From: Pseudomonadales bacterium
Lineage (GTDB): Bacteria; Pseudomonadota; Gammaproteobacteria; Pseudomonadales; UBA5518
Direction of reading: 5' to 3'
Assembly: GCA_024234165.1 (NCBI GenBank)
Contig: JACKOP010000001.1
Span: forward strand, 533,707-597,706
DNA length: 64,000 bases
The notes beneath the pieces are model-generated. The model saw only the letters and a list, made by a program, of their open reading frames with translations, ran no database searches and was not told the origin of the DNA. Both the position numbers and the translations under genes were made by a program. Positions 26,695 to 37,264 of this stretch are shown piece after piece (positions within the stretch are counted from its first letter, which is position 1; every line of letters starts with the position of its first letter).

Positions 26695-28379
26695 CCTGAT
26701 TCCGTGTTCCATTGATTGGATTTAGTATCTAACATATTGATTTAATGAGACAATACTGCTTTTATAGCCTTCACCCAAGCTCATGCCGAAATTCCAAGTC
26801 CGCCAGAGCCGTAACCTCGACCTGACCTCCCACGCCGGCTTGGCCCTGATCGGGCAATGCTGCGAGGCAGCGCAAGTGGATCTGGTGCTCGATTCGCGGC
26901 TGCCCGTCTCGCAAGGCATGCGCACCTCGGATCTGGCCAAGTCGATTGTGGGCCTTTTGGCCCTGGGCAAGAGCGACTTCGAAGCCATCGAGGCGTTTCG
27001 GAACAACCGCTTTTTCAAGCAGGCCCTGGGGTTGGCCAAGGTGCCCGGCAGCGTCTGGATGCGCCAGCGACTCGATACCAAGGCGGTACAGCTGCGGGAA
27101 CTGACCGATGAGTTGAGTCTGCGTCTTTTGGAGCGGACCCAGGCGCCCATCACACCCCACAAGGGCTATGTCTGTGCCGACATGGACACCTTCGTGATGG
27201 ACAACTCTGACAGCAAGAAGGAACACGTCAGCCGCACCTATCAGGGCGTGGATGGCTACACCCCGATCGCCCTGTATCTGGGCAACGAGGGCTGGAACAT
27301 CGGTCTGGAGCTGCGTGCCGGCTCCCACCATTCGGCGCTGGAGACCGAGTATTTCCTGGAGCGTGCGTTTCCGCGTCTGGAGCGACTTTGTCCGACGGAC
27401 GCCAAGGTGCTGTGGCGTGACGACAGCGGCTTCGACAGCGTACGTCTGCTGTTTGCCAAGGCGGCTGAGCGTGAGCGTTGGGCCGCACTGGGGCGCTCGT
27501 TCGATTACCTCACCAAGTGGAACCCGCGCAAACAGGACAAGGCCTCCTGGGTCGAGCAGGCCGAAGCGCTCGATGCCTTGGTCGAAAGCCGCCCGGGCAA
27601 ACGTAGCGGCTTGCTGGATCTGCAAATCGAACGTGCCTGGGGCAAGACCCGACGCACGCTGCGACTGGTGGTGCGAGTGACCGAGCGCACGATCGACAAG
27701 AGAGGGCAACACCTGCTGGTGCCATTGGTCGAACTGGAAGGTTGGTGGACCAGCCTGACGGTGTCGCCACAAGAGGTGATCGAGCTGTACAAGCACCACG
27801 GCACCCATGAGCAGTTCCATTCCGAGCTCAAGAGCGATCTGGACCTGGAACGTTTGCCCTCGGGCAAGTTCGACACCAACGATGCGATCCTGCACCTGGC
27901 GGGCTTTGCCTACAACTGCCTGCGCCTGGTGGGGCAATTGGGGCTGACCGGCACGCTCTCGCCGGTACGCCATCCAGCCAAACGTCGCCGCCTCAAGACT
28001 GTGCTGCAAGAGGTGATGTACCGCGCAGCCCAGTTCATCACGCATGCTCGACGTGTGCTGCTCGACTTTGGTCGTGGCGTGGAGGCGCATGTGCGGGTGT
28101 TCGATGCGGTGCAGGCGCATTTGTGCAAGCTGGTGCCGATATGAACGCATCCTGCGGCTGGCACATGTCGAGACAGCGGACACCCATCTGGGCGGGCTTC
28201 TCGTGGACGCAGTTTGAAAAACGGGAGAAACGGATGCAAAAAACCCGATATCTCGAGGCCGAAATCGGTCTCTCGAATCGCGAATCGCGCTGGATGACGA
28301 CTCAACCACCGATAGCGAGGGTGAGTTGTTCAAAAATATCCTCCGCCGAAGAATTGTGGGTGGGTAACACGCATTCAGG
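26695..28379 (+). mobile_element. IS1380-family element (complete)
   Basis: Imperfect inverted repeats cctgattccgtgttcc / ggtaacacgcattcagg, flanked by a 5-bp repeat TAGAT (26690-26694 and 28380-28384). Confidence 0.85.
26783..28144 (+). CDS. IS1380-family DDE transposase
   Basis: 453 aa. N-terminus ...LTSHAGLALIGQ... and overall length are typical of IS1380-family enzymes. Family call is from memory of the pattern. Confidence 0.75.
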   Translation: MPKFQVRQSRNLDLTSHAGLALIGQCCEAAQVDLVLDSRLPVSQGMRTSDLAKSIVGLLALGKSDFEAIEAFRNNRFFKQALGLAKVPGSVWMRQRLDTKAVQLRELTDELSLRLLERTQAPITPHKGYVCADMDTFVMDNSDSKKEHVSRTYQGVDGYTPIALYLGNEGWNIGLELRAGSHHSALETEYFLERAFPRLERLCPTDAKVLWRDDSGFDSVRLLFAKAAERERWAALGRSFDYLTKWNPRKQDKASWVEQAEALDALVESRPGKRSGLLDLQIERAWGKTRRTLRLVVRVTERTIDKRGQHLLVPLVELEGWWTSLTVSPQEVIELYKHHGTHEQFHSELKSDLDLERLPSGKFDTNDAILHLAGFAYNCLRLVGQLGLTGTLSPVRHPAKRRRLKTVLQEVMYRAAQFITHARRVLLDFGRGVEAHVRVFDAVQAHLCKLVPI

Positions 28380-28884
28380 TAGATAATTTACTTCCAATAT
28401 AAAGAGACATACCGGATGAATTAGAGAGAGTTGCACCGCTAGAAATATTTAGTATTCTGCCAAAATCCTTTATTTTACGTGCAGCCTCACGACACATCAC
28501 AAATGTTCCCCAAGAATTCACATCAAAAATCATTTTATATTCATCAAACGTAATTTCAGAAAAAGGCTTCATATGACCTATGCCGGCATTATTTATCACC
28601 ACATCTACACGTCCATATTTTTTTATTGCATAATCAAAAAAATTTATTACTTCTTCTTCGTGCGTAATATCAATACGAAATGCAAATGCTTCACCACCAG
28701 ATTCTTTTATTGTAAAAACCGCAGCCTCTGCTCCCGCAGATGATTGAGAATATCCAACACCAACAATAAAGCCATCACGCGACAACCTTCGTGCTACTGC
28801 ACCGCCAATGCCTGTTCCGGCACCGGTTATTAAAGCAACTCGTCCTGCATTGTTTTTATACGAAAAGTTATTCATCTTACTCAC
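28380..28884 (-). pseudogene. SDR (FabG-like), N-terminal half
   Basis: ALITGAGTGIGGAVA, NNAG, and the catalytic Y..SK reached exactly at the IS junction (SLYIGSKLS). Confidence 0.85.
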
Positions 28885-28927
28885 CTCTCACGGAAATATA
28901 CATTAAAAACCTCTACACAACATCCGA

Positions 28928-30121
28928 TGGTAATCCCCCCGGAATTAGGAGCGTTCAGAAGTAGAGCTACGCGGCCATGGTCAGCCGCTGTTTTGGCGTG
29001 ATGCCGCCCAAGGCCATGTTTGGGCGGTCATGATTGTAGTCGTACATCCACTGGGTGGCGAAGAGCTGGACTTCATCGAGATCCGCTCAGCAATACTGGG
29101 ATAGCCACTCGTAACGTACCGTCCAGTTGAAGCGCTCGGCATAGGCATTCTGCTGAGGCTTGCCCGGCTGGATGTAATTCATCTTGATCATCCGCTTCTC
29201 TGCCCAGCGTTGAACCAAGTCGCTGATATTCTCTGGGCCGTTGTCGCAGCGAATCGCCGCCGGCTTGCCTCGCCATTCGATGATCTGTTCCAGCGCTCGG
29301 ATCACCTGCTCGGCCGGCAAGGAGAAATCGATCTCGATGCCCAGTGCTTCCCGGTTGATTGAAATCATCGATCACATTGAACAGCCGGAAACAGCGCCCG
29401 TCTTCAAGCTGATCATGCATGAAGTCCATGGACCAGACCTGATTGATCGCCGTCGGCACCGCCAGCGGCTCCGGCCTCTTCCGCACCAGCCGTTTCCTGG
29501 GCTTGATCCGTAGATTTAATTCCAATTCCCAGCAAATGCGATAGACCCGCTTGTGGTTCCAGGCGAAGGCCTTCACGTTACGCAGATACAGAAAACACAG
29601 GCCGAATCCCCAGTTGCGATGATTGTCGGTCAGCCGCATCAGCCAGTCAGCGATTTCCTCGTCCTCGGCATTTTTCTTGGCCGAATACCGATAACAGGTT
29701 TCGCTCACTTGGAAGATGTCGCAAGCCAGGCTGATCGAGATACCTCTTTGGGACACCACTTCCTTGGCCACCTCACGCCGGCGAGATGGCCGAGTCACTT
29801 TTTTCCCAGGTACTCCTTCAGAATGTCGGCCTTGAGCCGCTCCTCGGCATACATCTTCTTGAGCCGGGCATTCTCCGCTTCCAGCTCCTTCATCCGGGCC
29901 CTCATCAAAACGTCGAGGCCGCAGTACTTCCATGTCATTTGTAAAACGTCGCCGAGCTGATCCCCAGCTCCCGACACAACTCCGACACCGACAGCACACC
30001 TTCCACCCGCCTCAACGCCTCGATGATCTGGCTATCCGAAAACTTCGACTTCTTCATGTAGAACTCTCCCTGAACGAGAAAAATCTAATTCTGTCCGCCT
30101 CTATTGGCCCGGGGGATTACC
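28928..30121 (-). mobile_element. IS3-family element IS3-b (IS407-like), degenerate
   Basis: Ends tggtaatccccccgg / cccgggggattacc. About 1.19 kb. Confidence 0.7.
28967..30057 (-). pseudogene. IS3-b orfA/orfB with extra frameshifts
   Basis: orfA MKKSKFSDSQIIEALRRVEG...ISSATFYK hits a stop, then continues out of frame (KELEAENARLKKMYAEERLKA). orfB is split (SMDFMHDQL / CDNGPE / ATQWMYDYNHDRPNMALGGITPKQRL). Confidence 0.8.
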
Positions 30122-30380
30122 CTTTGACCAAATAAATCGGTCACCTCGACCGCGGTCCCTGAGCGCTCCTTGCGTGCGAACATAGGGGCCAACGCATTCT
30201 CGATTTTCTGCAACGGGATGTGATTGGCGAGAACTGCCAGCGGATGACGCAAATCGATCATTTGGTCGAGACGACTGCGGAAGAAATAATCGGTAGCCAA
30301 GGCGAGAATCCCCGTGTGGATCGTTATCGAAAACTCCCAGGTTTTGCAGGTAGCAGTAACGGTTTCTGGGAGTTTCAAGA
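30122..30380 (-). mobile_element. 5' fragment of another IS5-family element
   Basis: Encodes ATDYFFRSRLDQMIDLRHPLAVLANHIPLQKIENALAPMF (InsH/DUF772-type N-terminus), cut by IS3-b. The outer boundary is uncertain. Confidence 0.5.
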
Positions 30381-30472
30381 GCCGCCATTTTACAATAATG
30401 CGTTTATAAAACAAATTGTTATTACATGTCGCAATGCCGGCTATTTAAAAATAGGAAACAAACAAATGATTT

Positions 30473-30897
30473 TCAATCGTCAAAACATAACTTTAATTCT
30501 TTATTTATAGAAAGTGCGAGTTGTAAATTATCAGTATAAATATTTGGACTGATGCGATCAACCAAGCCTCCGCGGCTTTCATATATTTGTTCCGCAACCT
30601 GAGAAGGCGTACCAACTACTGCAATCTTGCATAAAATATCATCGTCGATCAACTTTCCCATATCGTTCCATTTATTTGATCTAGACAAATCAAGCAAAGA
30701 CTCATGAACATCGAGACGATCAATAGATTCCAGAACGGGTTTATAAGTGGGAGTTGAAGCGTAAAAAGCAATTTGTTGCCTCACAAAATTTTTTGCGATC
30801 TCAATCTCACTTGCATTTAAACCTGAAGCGACGATAACTTGACATGAAATCTCAAAACCATCCCTCGACCTCCCGCTTTTAGAAAACCCACAATTAA
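30473..30897 (-). pseudogene. Luciferase-like (LLM-class) monooxygenase, C-terminal part
   Basis: Joins in frame to 32364-32962 when IS-X copy 2 and one TTAA are removed (...LPTLNCGFSKSGRS...). AT-rich. Confidence 0.75.
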
Positions 30898-32363
30898 GAG
30901 TTTCTTGCAAAACTCTTTGCGTTTTTCATTGCGCAACCGCCTGATGTGTCCCACCACATGCGTAGCAGCATTTTGTCGGGATTTTCGAACCCATGAATGT
31001 GATCGCAGCGATCGATTTCGACGCATTCGAGCCGTTTTGTCGGGCGCAGTCGATAGCTGCCCGTTCCCGCGTGGGTGGGGAGGAGGACTTTGATGGGATC
31101 GGGTGAAGCGTACCTACAAGAGCAGCCGCATCAACTGATCGGCACTGAGCACCAGCACACCGAACATCAAATGGCTCATCACCTTGGCGGCGCCCTGCAC
31201 GCGCACCTGATTGCCGCCGAACTCGTCCTTGAGCCGCGCGTTGCTGCGCTCGGCGACGGTGCGCTCGTTGTAGCGCACGGCGTCCGCCGGATCGAACGAC
31301 TCCTTGAGTCCGCCACGTGGATTGTGATCGATCAGCGGTACGTGGTTCAGGCTACGACAGTGCTCGTGCAGATCGAGGCTGCAGTAGGCGGCGTCCATCA
31401 CATCGTAGAGATTGGTCACGCGCTCGGCGCTGATCAGCGACAACGGGATCGCGGCGCGGCTGTCGTGCATCGAGGCCGCGGACAGCAGCGCCGATATCGG
31501 CACCCCACAGTCGGCGGTGTCGAGATGCAGCTTGTAGCCGTTCCAGCTGACCTTGTAGCCCTGCGCATTGGACTTCGTGCCGCGATCACAGGCGGTCGGA
31601 ATCTCCGCCAGCATCTCAGCCAGGCACTGTCCGCGTTGGCGCTCGATCGGCGAGCGCGTGACCACCGTGCACTTTTCATCACGCCGTGGCCCACCCCGTT
31701 TCGTGCACGGTGTATGCCCCGACATCGAATTGGTCGCCGTTGCCGTCGTACCGCGCACCGGTCGCTCGCGCGCCTTGATCGCCGTGCCGTCGCGGCTGAT
31801 GTGACCGATCAGCTGATCACCGAGATGCGTCTTGATCAACGTCTCATGCACACGCTCGGCCAACTTCGTGGTCGCAAACTCCTCGAAGGCCCGCGAAAAC
31901 GTGGCTTCCGATGGCAACTTGCGGTACAGCGGGAATCCGCAAATCCGCCGCAGAGCCCGATCGATCATCAATCGCTCGATCAGCGCCGCAGTCGTGGTCA
32001 ACCCCAGCGCCGCCTTGGCCACGAAGGCATTCGCGAGCCACGCCCGATCGTGTGGACGGCGTCCGACGCCGCACCAGGACGAGGCAACGAATTCCTCGAT
32101 CCGCACCCACTCCAGCAGGTGGATCAATCGCTCGAGCTTCGGCGTCGTCTGGCCGAGGTCTTGCTTCAATTCGGGAAGCACCTCGTGCTGGATGACATGC
32201 CAGCGTTGCAGGATCAGGTCTCGACGGGTAGCATTCATGGCGTGGGCGATATGGTGTTGGATTTGACAACTGCATCATGCCAGAAATGGCCGCCCACTCT
32301 CCCTTCCTTTCCGCGCACCATCGCAAAAAATCCACGCTACCTCATGCGTTTTGCAAGAGGCTC
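30898..32363 (-). mobile_element. IS-X copy 2 (intact)
   Basis: 1466 bp. Inverted repeats gagtttcttgcaaaac / gttttgcaagaggctc, flanked by a 4-bp repeat TTAA (30894-30897 and 32364-32367). Confidence 0.9.
31114..32238 (-). CDS. IS-X DDE transposase (IS4/IS5 superfamily)
   Basis: 374 aa with a DUF772-like N-terminus (GRRPHDRAWLANAFVAKAALGL), DGTAI, MDAAY and the Y-2-R-3-E-6-K signature YNERTVAERSNARLK. Confidence 0.9.
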   Translation of the reverse strand: MNATRRDLILQRWHVIQHEVLPELKQDLGQTTPKLERLIHLLEWVRIEEFVASSWCGVGRRPHDRAWLANAFVAKAALGLTTTAALIERLMIDRALRRICGFPLYRKLPSEATFSRAFEEFATTKLAERVHETLIKTHLGDQLIGHISRDGTAIKARERPVRGTTATATNSMSGHTPCTKRGGPRRDEKCTVVTRSPIERQRGQCLAEMLAEIPTACDRGTKSNAQGYKVSWNGYKLHLDTADCGVPISALLSAASMHDSRAAIPLSLISAERVTNLYDVMDAAYCSLDLHEHCRSLNHVPLIDHNPRGGLKESFDPADAVRYNERTVAERSNARLKDEFGGNQVRVQGAAKVMSHLMFGVLVLSADQLMRLLL

Positions 32364-32962
32364 TTAAGTGTCGGTAACGTATGCGTCAGAAGGTATTCTT
32401 TGGTGTGAAACGGATGAATAATATGTCCATCTCCTACCTCACCCGCCACCCTAACCATGGAATCACCAACTCCGCCTAAAAATATTTTTGGAATTCCGAA
32501 ATTAGTTGGTCCTGGATTAAATGTAGGTGACATAAGCGTATGTTCATAAAAATTACCCTTAAAGTTCAAATCCGCACCATATTGCCAACAGTTCCATATA
32601 GATCGCAATGCGGAAACGTATTCCTTCATTCTGGCTGCCGGATGGGACCAAGGCATACTATAACGACGCTCTATATGTGCCTTAACCTGGCTCCCAAGAC
32701 CTAACGTAAAACGTCCTTCAGAAATAAAATTCAAATCATAAGCAGTATGCGCGATAGTGAGTGGGCTTCTTCCAAAAGCAATTGCTACAGCAGTCATTAA
32801 ATCGATATTTTTTGTACTTGCTGCGGCAAAAGCCAAGGGAATGAAAGGGTCATGTTGTCCCTCAAATGTATAAATACCATTAAAACCGGCCGACTCGAGT
32901 TCACAAGCAAATTTCTTGATTTCGTCAGGCGCGTTATTTAATAAACAAAAATCAAATTTCAT
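32364..32962 (-). pseudogene. Luciferase-like (LLM-class) monooxygenase, N-terminal part
   Basis: MKFDFCLLNNAP...FTLGLGSQVKAHIERRYSMPW is typical of LLM/F420-type flavin oxidoreductases. Confidence 0.75.
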
Positions 32963-33335
32963 TTCGACTCGACTAATCGTATTGACAGTGCTATTGTTCT
33001 ATGAAAATTTTCTAATAATAAACACAGACATGAGAGATTGCGAAAAACAAAGCGCAGTTCTTCAAGCTGTTTAGATGAACATATTTCATATTGTCTACCT
33101 GCGTGTACGGTTGCATACAGAACATGTGTCCTTTAAAAGGACACACTCTACGCAAATACTCAGTAAACGATATAAATTGTGTCTAAAATTGACAACTCCA
33201 TAAGTAAGTCAGTTTTACTGTCATCAGAGTATCTTGTTATATACTCCGGTGACCAACTAAATACCAGTTATGTGGAAAAACCTCTGCACATTATTCGATG
33301 AATTACGAGATATTGCGTAGGTTGGACAAAATAAT

Positions 33336-34802
33336 GAGCCTCTTGCAAAACGCATGAGGTAGCGTGGATTTTTTGCGATGGTGCGCGGAAAGGAAGGGAG
33401 AGTGGGCGGCCATTTCTGGCATGATGCAGTTGTCAAATCCAACACCATATCGCCCACGCCATGAATGCTACCCGTCGAGACCTGATCCTGCAACGCTGGC
33501 ATGTCATCCAGCACGAGGTGCTTCCTGAATTGAAGCAAGACCTCGGCCAGACGACGCCGAAGCTCGAGCGATTGATCCACCTGCTGGAGTGGGTGCGGAT
33601 CGAGGAATTCGTTGCCTCGTCACGGTGCGGCGTCGGACGCCGTCCACACGATCGGGCGTGGCTCGCGAATGCCTTCGTGGCCAAGGCGGCGCTGGGGTTG
33701 ACCACGACTGCGGCGCTGATCGAGCGATTGATGATCGATCGGGCTCTGCGGCGGATTTGCGGATTCCCGCTGTACCGCAAGTTGCCATCGGAAGCCACGT
33801 TTTCGCGGGCCTTCGAGGAGTTTGCGACCACGAAGTTGGCCGAGCGTGTGCATGAGACGTTGATCAAGACGCATCTCGGTGATCAGCTGATCGGTCACAT
33901 CAGCCGCGACGGCACGGCGATCAAGGCGCGCGAGCGACCGGTGCGCGGTACGACGGCAACGGCGACCAATTCGATGTCGGGGCATACACCGTGCACGAAA
34001 CAGGGTGGGCCACGGCGTGATGAAAAGTGCACGGTGGTCACGCGCTCGCCGATCGAGCGCCAACGCGGACAGTGCCCGGCTGAGATGCTGGCGGAGATTC
34101 CGACCGCCTGTGATCGCGGCACGAAGTCCAATGCGCAGGGCTACAAGGTCAGCTGGAACGGCTACAAGCTGCATCTCGACACCGCCGACTGTGGGGTGCC
34201 GATATCGGCGCTGCTGTCCGCGGCCTCGATGCACGACAGCCGCGCCGCGATCCCGTTGTCGCTGATCAGCGCCGAGCGCGTGACCAATCTCTACGATGTG
34301 ATGGACGCCGCCTACTGCAGCCTCGATCTGCACGAGCACTGTCGTAGCCTGAACCACGTACCGCTGATCGATCACAATCCACGTGGCGGACTCAAGGAGT
34401 CGTTCGATCCGGCGGACGCCGTGCGCTACAACGAGCGCACCGTCGCCGAGCGCAGCAACGCGCGGCTCAAGGACGAGTTCGGCGGCAATCAGGTGCGCGT
34501 GCAGGGGCGCCGCCAAGGTGATGAGCCATTTGATGTTCGGTGTGCTGGTGCTCAGTGCCGATCAGTTGATGCGGCTGCTCTTGTAGGTACGCTTCACCCG
34601 ATCCCATCAAAGTCCTCCTCCCCACCCACGCGGGAACGGGCAGCTATCGACTGCGCCCGACAAAACGGCTCGAATGCGTCGAAATCGATCGCTGCGATCA
34701 CATTCATGGGTTCGAAAATCCCGACAAAATGCTGCTACGCATGTGGTGGGACACATCAGGCGGTTGCGCAATGAAAAACGCAAAGAGTTTTGCAAGAAAC
34801 TC
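33336..34802 (+). mobile_element. IS-X copy 3 (inverted relative to copy 2)
   Basis: Same termini, flanked by a 4-bp repeat TAAT (33332-33335 and 34803-34806). Confidence 0.9.
33461..34586 (+). pseudogene. IS-X transposase with a 1-nt insertion near the 3' end
   Basis: A G4 run at 34504-34507 against G3 in copy 2 replaces the last roughly 27 residues. The normal C-terminus is seen in track ORF 34383-34586. Confidence 0.7.
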
Positions 34803-34894
34803 TAATGAGTGTGGCAGCTGATTTTCATCAAATCCGCCCGTTTTTTGGCTACTTTCAGCCCGTTTCGGGGCTCTTGCCCGTGCTGCGGGCACAC

Positions 34895-35887
34895 TCATCC
34901 CCCGCAAGCCTGCAAAATTCGTTTGCGCGCCAGCCACAAATTGACCAACGCAAAGAGGGTGGCCAGGTTGGCTGTGTTCTTGGCCAGACCCTTGTAGCGC
35001 ACCTTGGTGAATCCGAACTGGCACTTGAGCACCCGAAACGGATGCTCGACCTTCGCCCGGATACGCGCCTTGGTCCGCTCCAGCGCATCGACCAGACTGC
35101 CGCGCGGGGTATTCTTGTCCAGCACTCGGCGCTTGCCGGGCATCATCGCCACGTGCCAGTTCGGCTGTGGCTGATTCGCCTTGATCTCCTCGCGCTTTTC
35201 AACGCCTCGGTAGCCCGAGTCAGCGAAGACATCCTCTTCTTCACCGTGCAACAGTTCGTGTGCTTGCGTGACGTCGTGCGCGTTGGCCGATGTCGTCACC
35301 ACCGTGTGCACCAGCCCCGAGTCGGCATCCACCCCAATGTGCGCCTTCATGCCGAAGAACCATTGGTTTCCTTTCTTTGTCTGGTGCATCTCAGAGTCGC
35401 GCGTACCCGTATCGTTTTTCGTCGAGGACGGGGCAGCGATGATCGTGGCGTCGACGGCTGTTCCCGCCTTGAGAAGCAAACCGCGCTCCGCCAGAATCAT
35501 GTTGATGTGATCGAAGAGGCGTGTGCTCAAGCCGTGCGCTTCGAGCAGATGCCGAAAACGCAAAATGGTGCTCTCATCAGGCAGGCGGTCAACCCCCACA
35601 TCCAGACCAGCAAACTCGCGGTACAGCGGCACGTCGTAGAGCGCCTCTTCCATGGCCGGATCCGACAAACCGAACCACTGCTGCAGGAAGTGGATGCGCA
35701 GCATCGTTTCCACTGCAAATGGCGGGCGCCCGCCTTTCGGGCCGGGTGTGGGTGCATACGGCGCAATGATTGCCACCAGATCCGCCCACGGCACGACCTG
35801 CTGCATCTCACTCAGGAACACACGCTTTCGCGTGCGCCGCGTCTTCAACTCAAAACCGCTCATGGAGGCAAGGCTCATCTGTTTCAT
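34895..35887 (-). CDS. IS5-family (IS5-group, InsH-like) transposase
   Basis: 330 aa with GGRPPFAVETMLRIHFLQQWFGLSDP, DATII, DSGY and KVEHPFRVLK...VRYKGLAKN. Confidence 0.9.
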   Translation of the reverse strand: MKQMSLASMSGFELKTRRTRKRVFLSEMQQVVPWADLVAIIAPYAPTPGPKGGRPPFAVETMLRIHFLQQWFGLSDPAMEEALYDVPLYREFAGLDVGVDRLPDESTILRFRHLLEAHGLSTRLFDHINMILAERGLLLKAGTAVDATIIAAPSSTKNDTGTRDSEMHQTKKGNQWFFGMKAHIGVDADSGLVHTVVTTSANAHDVTQAHELLHGEEEDVFADSGYRGVEKREEIKANQPQPNWHVAMMPGKRRVLDKNTPRGSLVDALERTKARIRAKVEHPFRVLKCQFGFTKVRYKGLAKNTANLATLFALVNLWLARKRILQACGG

Positions 35888-36067
35888 GCGTCGACTGTCT
35901 CATACCAGGCGGATGCAAGCCAGGTTTTTACAGAGGTTTTGCAGAGGTTCCCTAACGACACACGGGGTGATCACGACGGATAAGTCGATCAGGTTGCGCT
36001 GCGCTTTCGTGCGATCGCTTCATGAGACCGAGGGCTGGCACGGACGGGGAAACGCCGGTGCCGCAGC

Positions 36068-37264
36068 CTACGCCGGTGCTTGGGTTGCAGCTTCGTCGAG
36101 ATAATCGGCCCACCACTGCATCATCAGCACGCGCTCTTCAAAACGATCTCCCCGGTCGTAGGCACCCTTGACCTTGTTCTGCTCGACATGCGCAAGCGCA
36201 CGCTCCACCGCATCCACCGACCACATACGCTGTTTCCGGCCGTCAATTTCAGCTACCGCTTCATTGAGGATCGTCGAACCCAGTGCCCGAAAGCCGTGGA
36301 CAGTAGTACGTCTGTGAAAACCCATCCGGTATACAGCAAAGAGCATCGTGTTCTCGCTGACGGGCTTAATGTCGATCCGACCCGGCATCAGCCATCGGGT
36401 GTGGCCAGACACTTTGTGCAACTCCTGCAGTGTGGCAAGTGCCTGCCGCGACAGTGGAACCCGATGGATGAGACGATTTTTCATACGTTCATCCGGAACC
36501 GTCCAGACTCTTTCCTCAAGATCAAATTCGGCCCATTTGGCCTCACGAATTTCGCTGGTGCGAGCCAGCGTAAGGATGAGCAATCGCAGTCCCAGTCGAG
36601 TCGCTACATCACCATCATAGCTTTCCAGAGCACGCAAGAATCCGGGTAGTTCTGTGATATCAAGAGCGGTCTGTTTTCCCTTCTGCCGCGGTTTCAGGTG
36701 GCGATGAAGCTCACTGGCCGGATTGATATCCCGGTACCCCAGCGCAACCGCACGGGAGAACACGGCGCGGACACGCTGCAACACACGCGCCGCCACTTCT
36801 CCCGCACCCCGATCTTCGATGGCTTCGATCAGCACCATGATCTCGCGTGGCAGGATCGCATCAATCGGACGCGAACCAAGTTCGGGGAAGATATCTGCTT
36901 CCAGGGTGCTCCAGACCTGTGCCGCATGCTTGCGTGTCCAGCCATGCAGCTGCCGACTGTGCCACTCTTTAGCGACATCAAGGAAAGTCGGTGCTTTCGA
37001 GCCCGTCGACTGCTTCTCTGCCTGCTTGGCAGCGGACGGATCATCGAGCTTACAGGCGTTACGCCACTTATCACGGGCCTCCGCCAAACTGACTTTGGGG
37101 AAAGGTCCGATGCTGAGAGTCTTTTCCTTGCCATCGACGCGGTACTTGCCCCGCCACAGCTTGCCACCCGCCGGAGAGACGAACAGGTACAGGCCGTCAC
37201 GGTCGTAAAGCTTGTACGCTTTGTCAGCCGCCTTCGCGTTTCGGATTTCCTGAACCGTGAGCAT
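36068..37264 (-). CDS. int: P4-type tyrosine integrase (DUF4102 N-terminus)
   Basis: 398 aa. KAYKLYDRDGLYLFVSPAGGKLWRGKYRVDGKEKTLSIGPFP arm-binding domain and a catalytic C-terminus (HGFRALGST). Lies 186 bp from the 3' end of tRNA-Asp. Confidence 0.9.
   Translation of the reverse strand: MLTVQEIRNAKAADKAYKLYDRDGLYLFVSPAGGKLWRGKYRVDGKEKTLSIGPFPKVSLAEARDKWRNACKLDDPSAAKQAEKQSTGSKAPTFLDVAKEWHSRQLHGWTRKHAAQVWSTLEADIFPELGSRPIDAILPREIMVLIEAIEDRGAGEVAARVLQRVRAVFSRAVALGYRDINPASELHRHLKPRQKGKQTALDITELPGFLRALESYDGDVATRLGLRLLILTLARTSEIREAKWAEFDLEERVWTVPDERMKNRLIHRVPLSRQALATLQELHKVSGHTRWLMPGRIDIKPVSENTMLFAVYRMGFHRRTTVHGFRALGSTILNEAVAEIDGRKQRMWSVDAVERALAHVEQNKVKGAYDRGDRFEERVLMMQWWADYLDEAATQAPA

Larger units (their letters stand above)
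33274..35952 (-). mobile_element. IS5-family element IS5-b (interrupted by IS-X copy 3)
   Basis: Termini ggaaaaacctctgca (33274) and tgcagaggttccc (35952) are inverted repeats. About 1.21 kb once IS-X and its TAAT repeat are removed. Confidence 0.75.
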
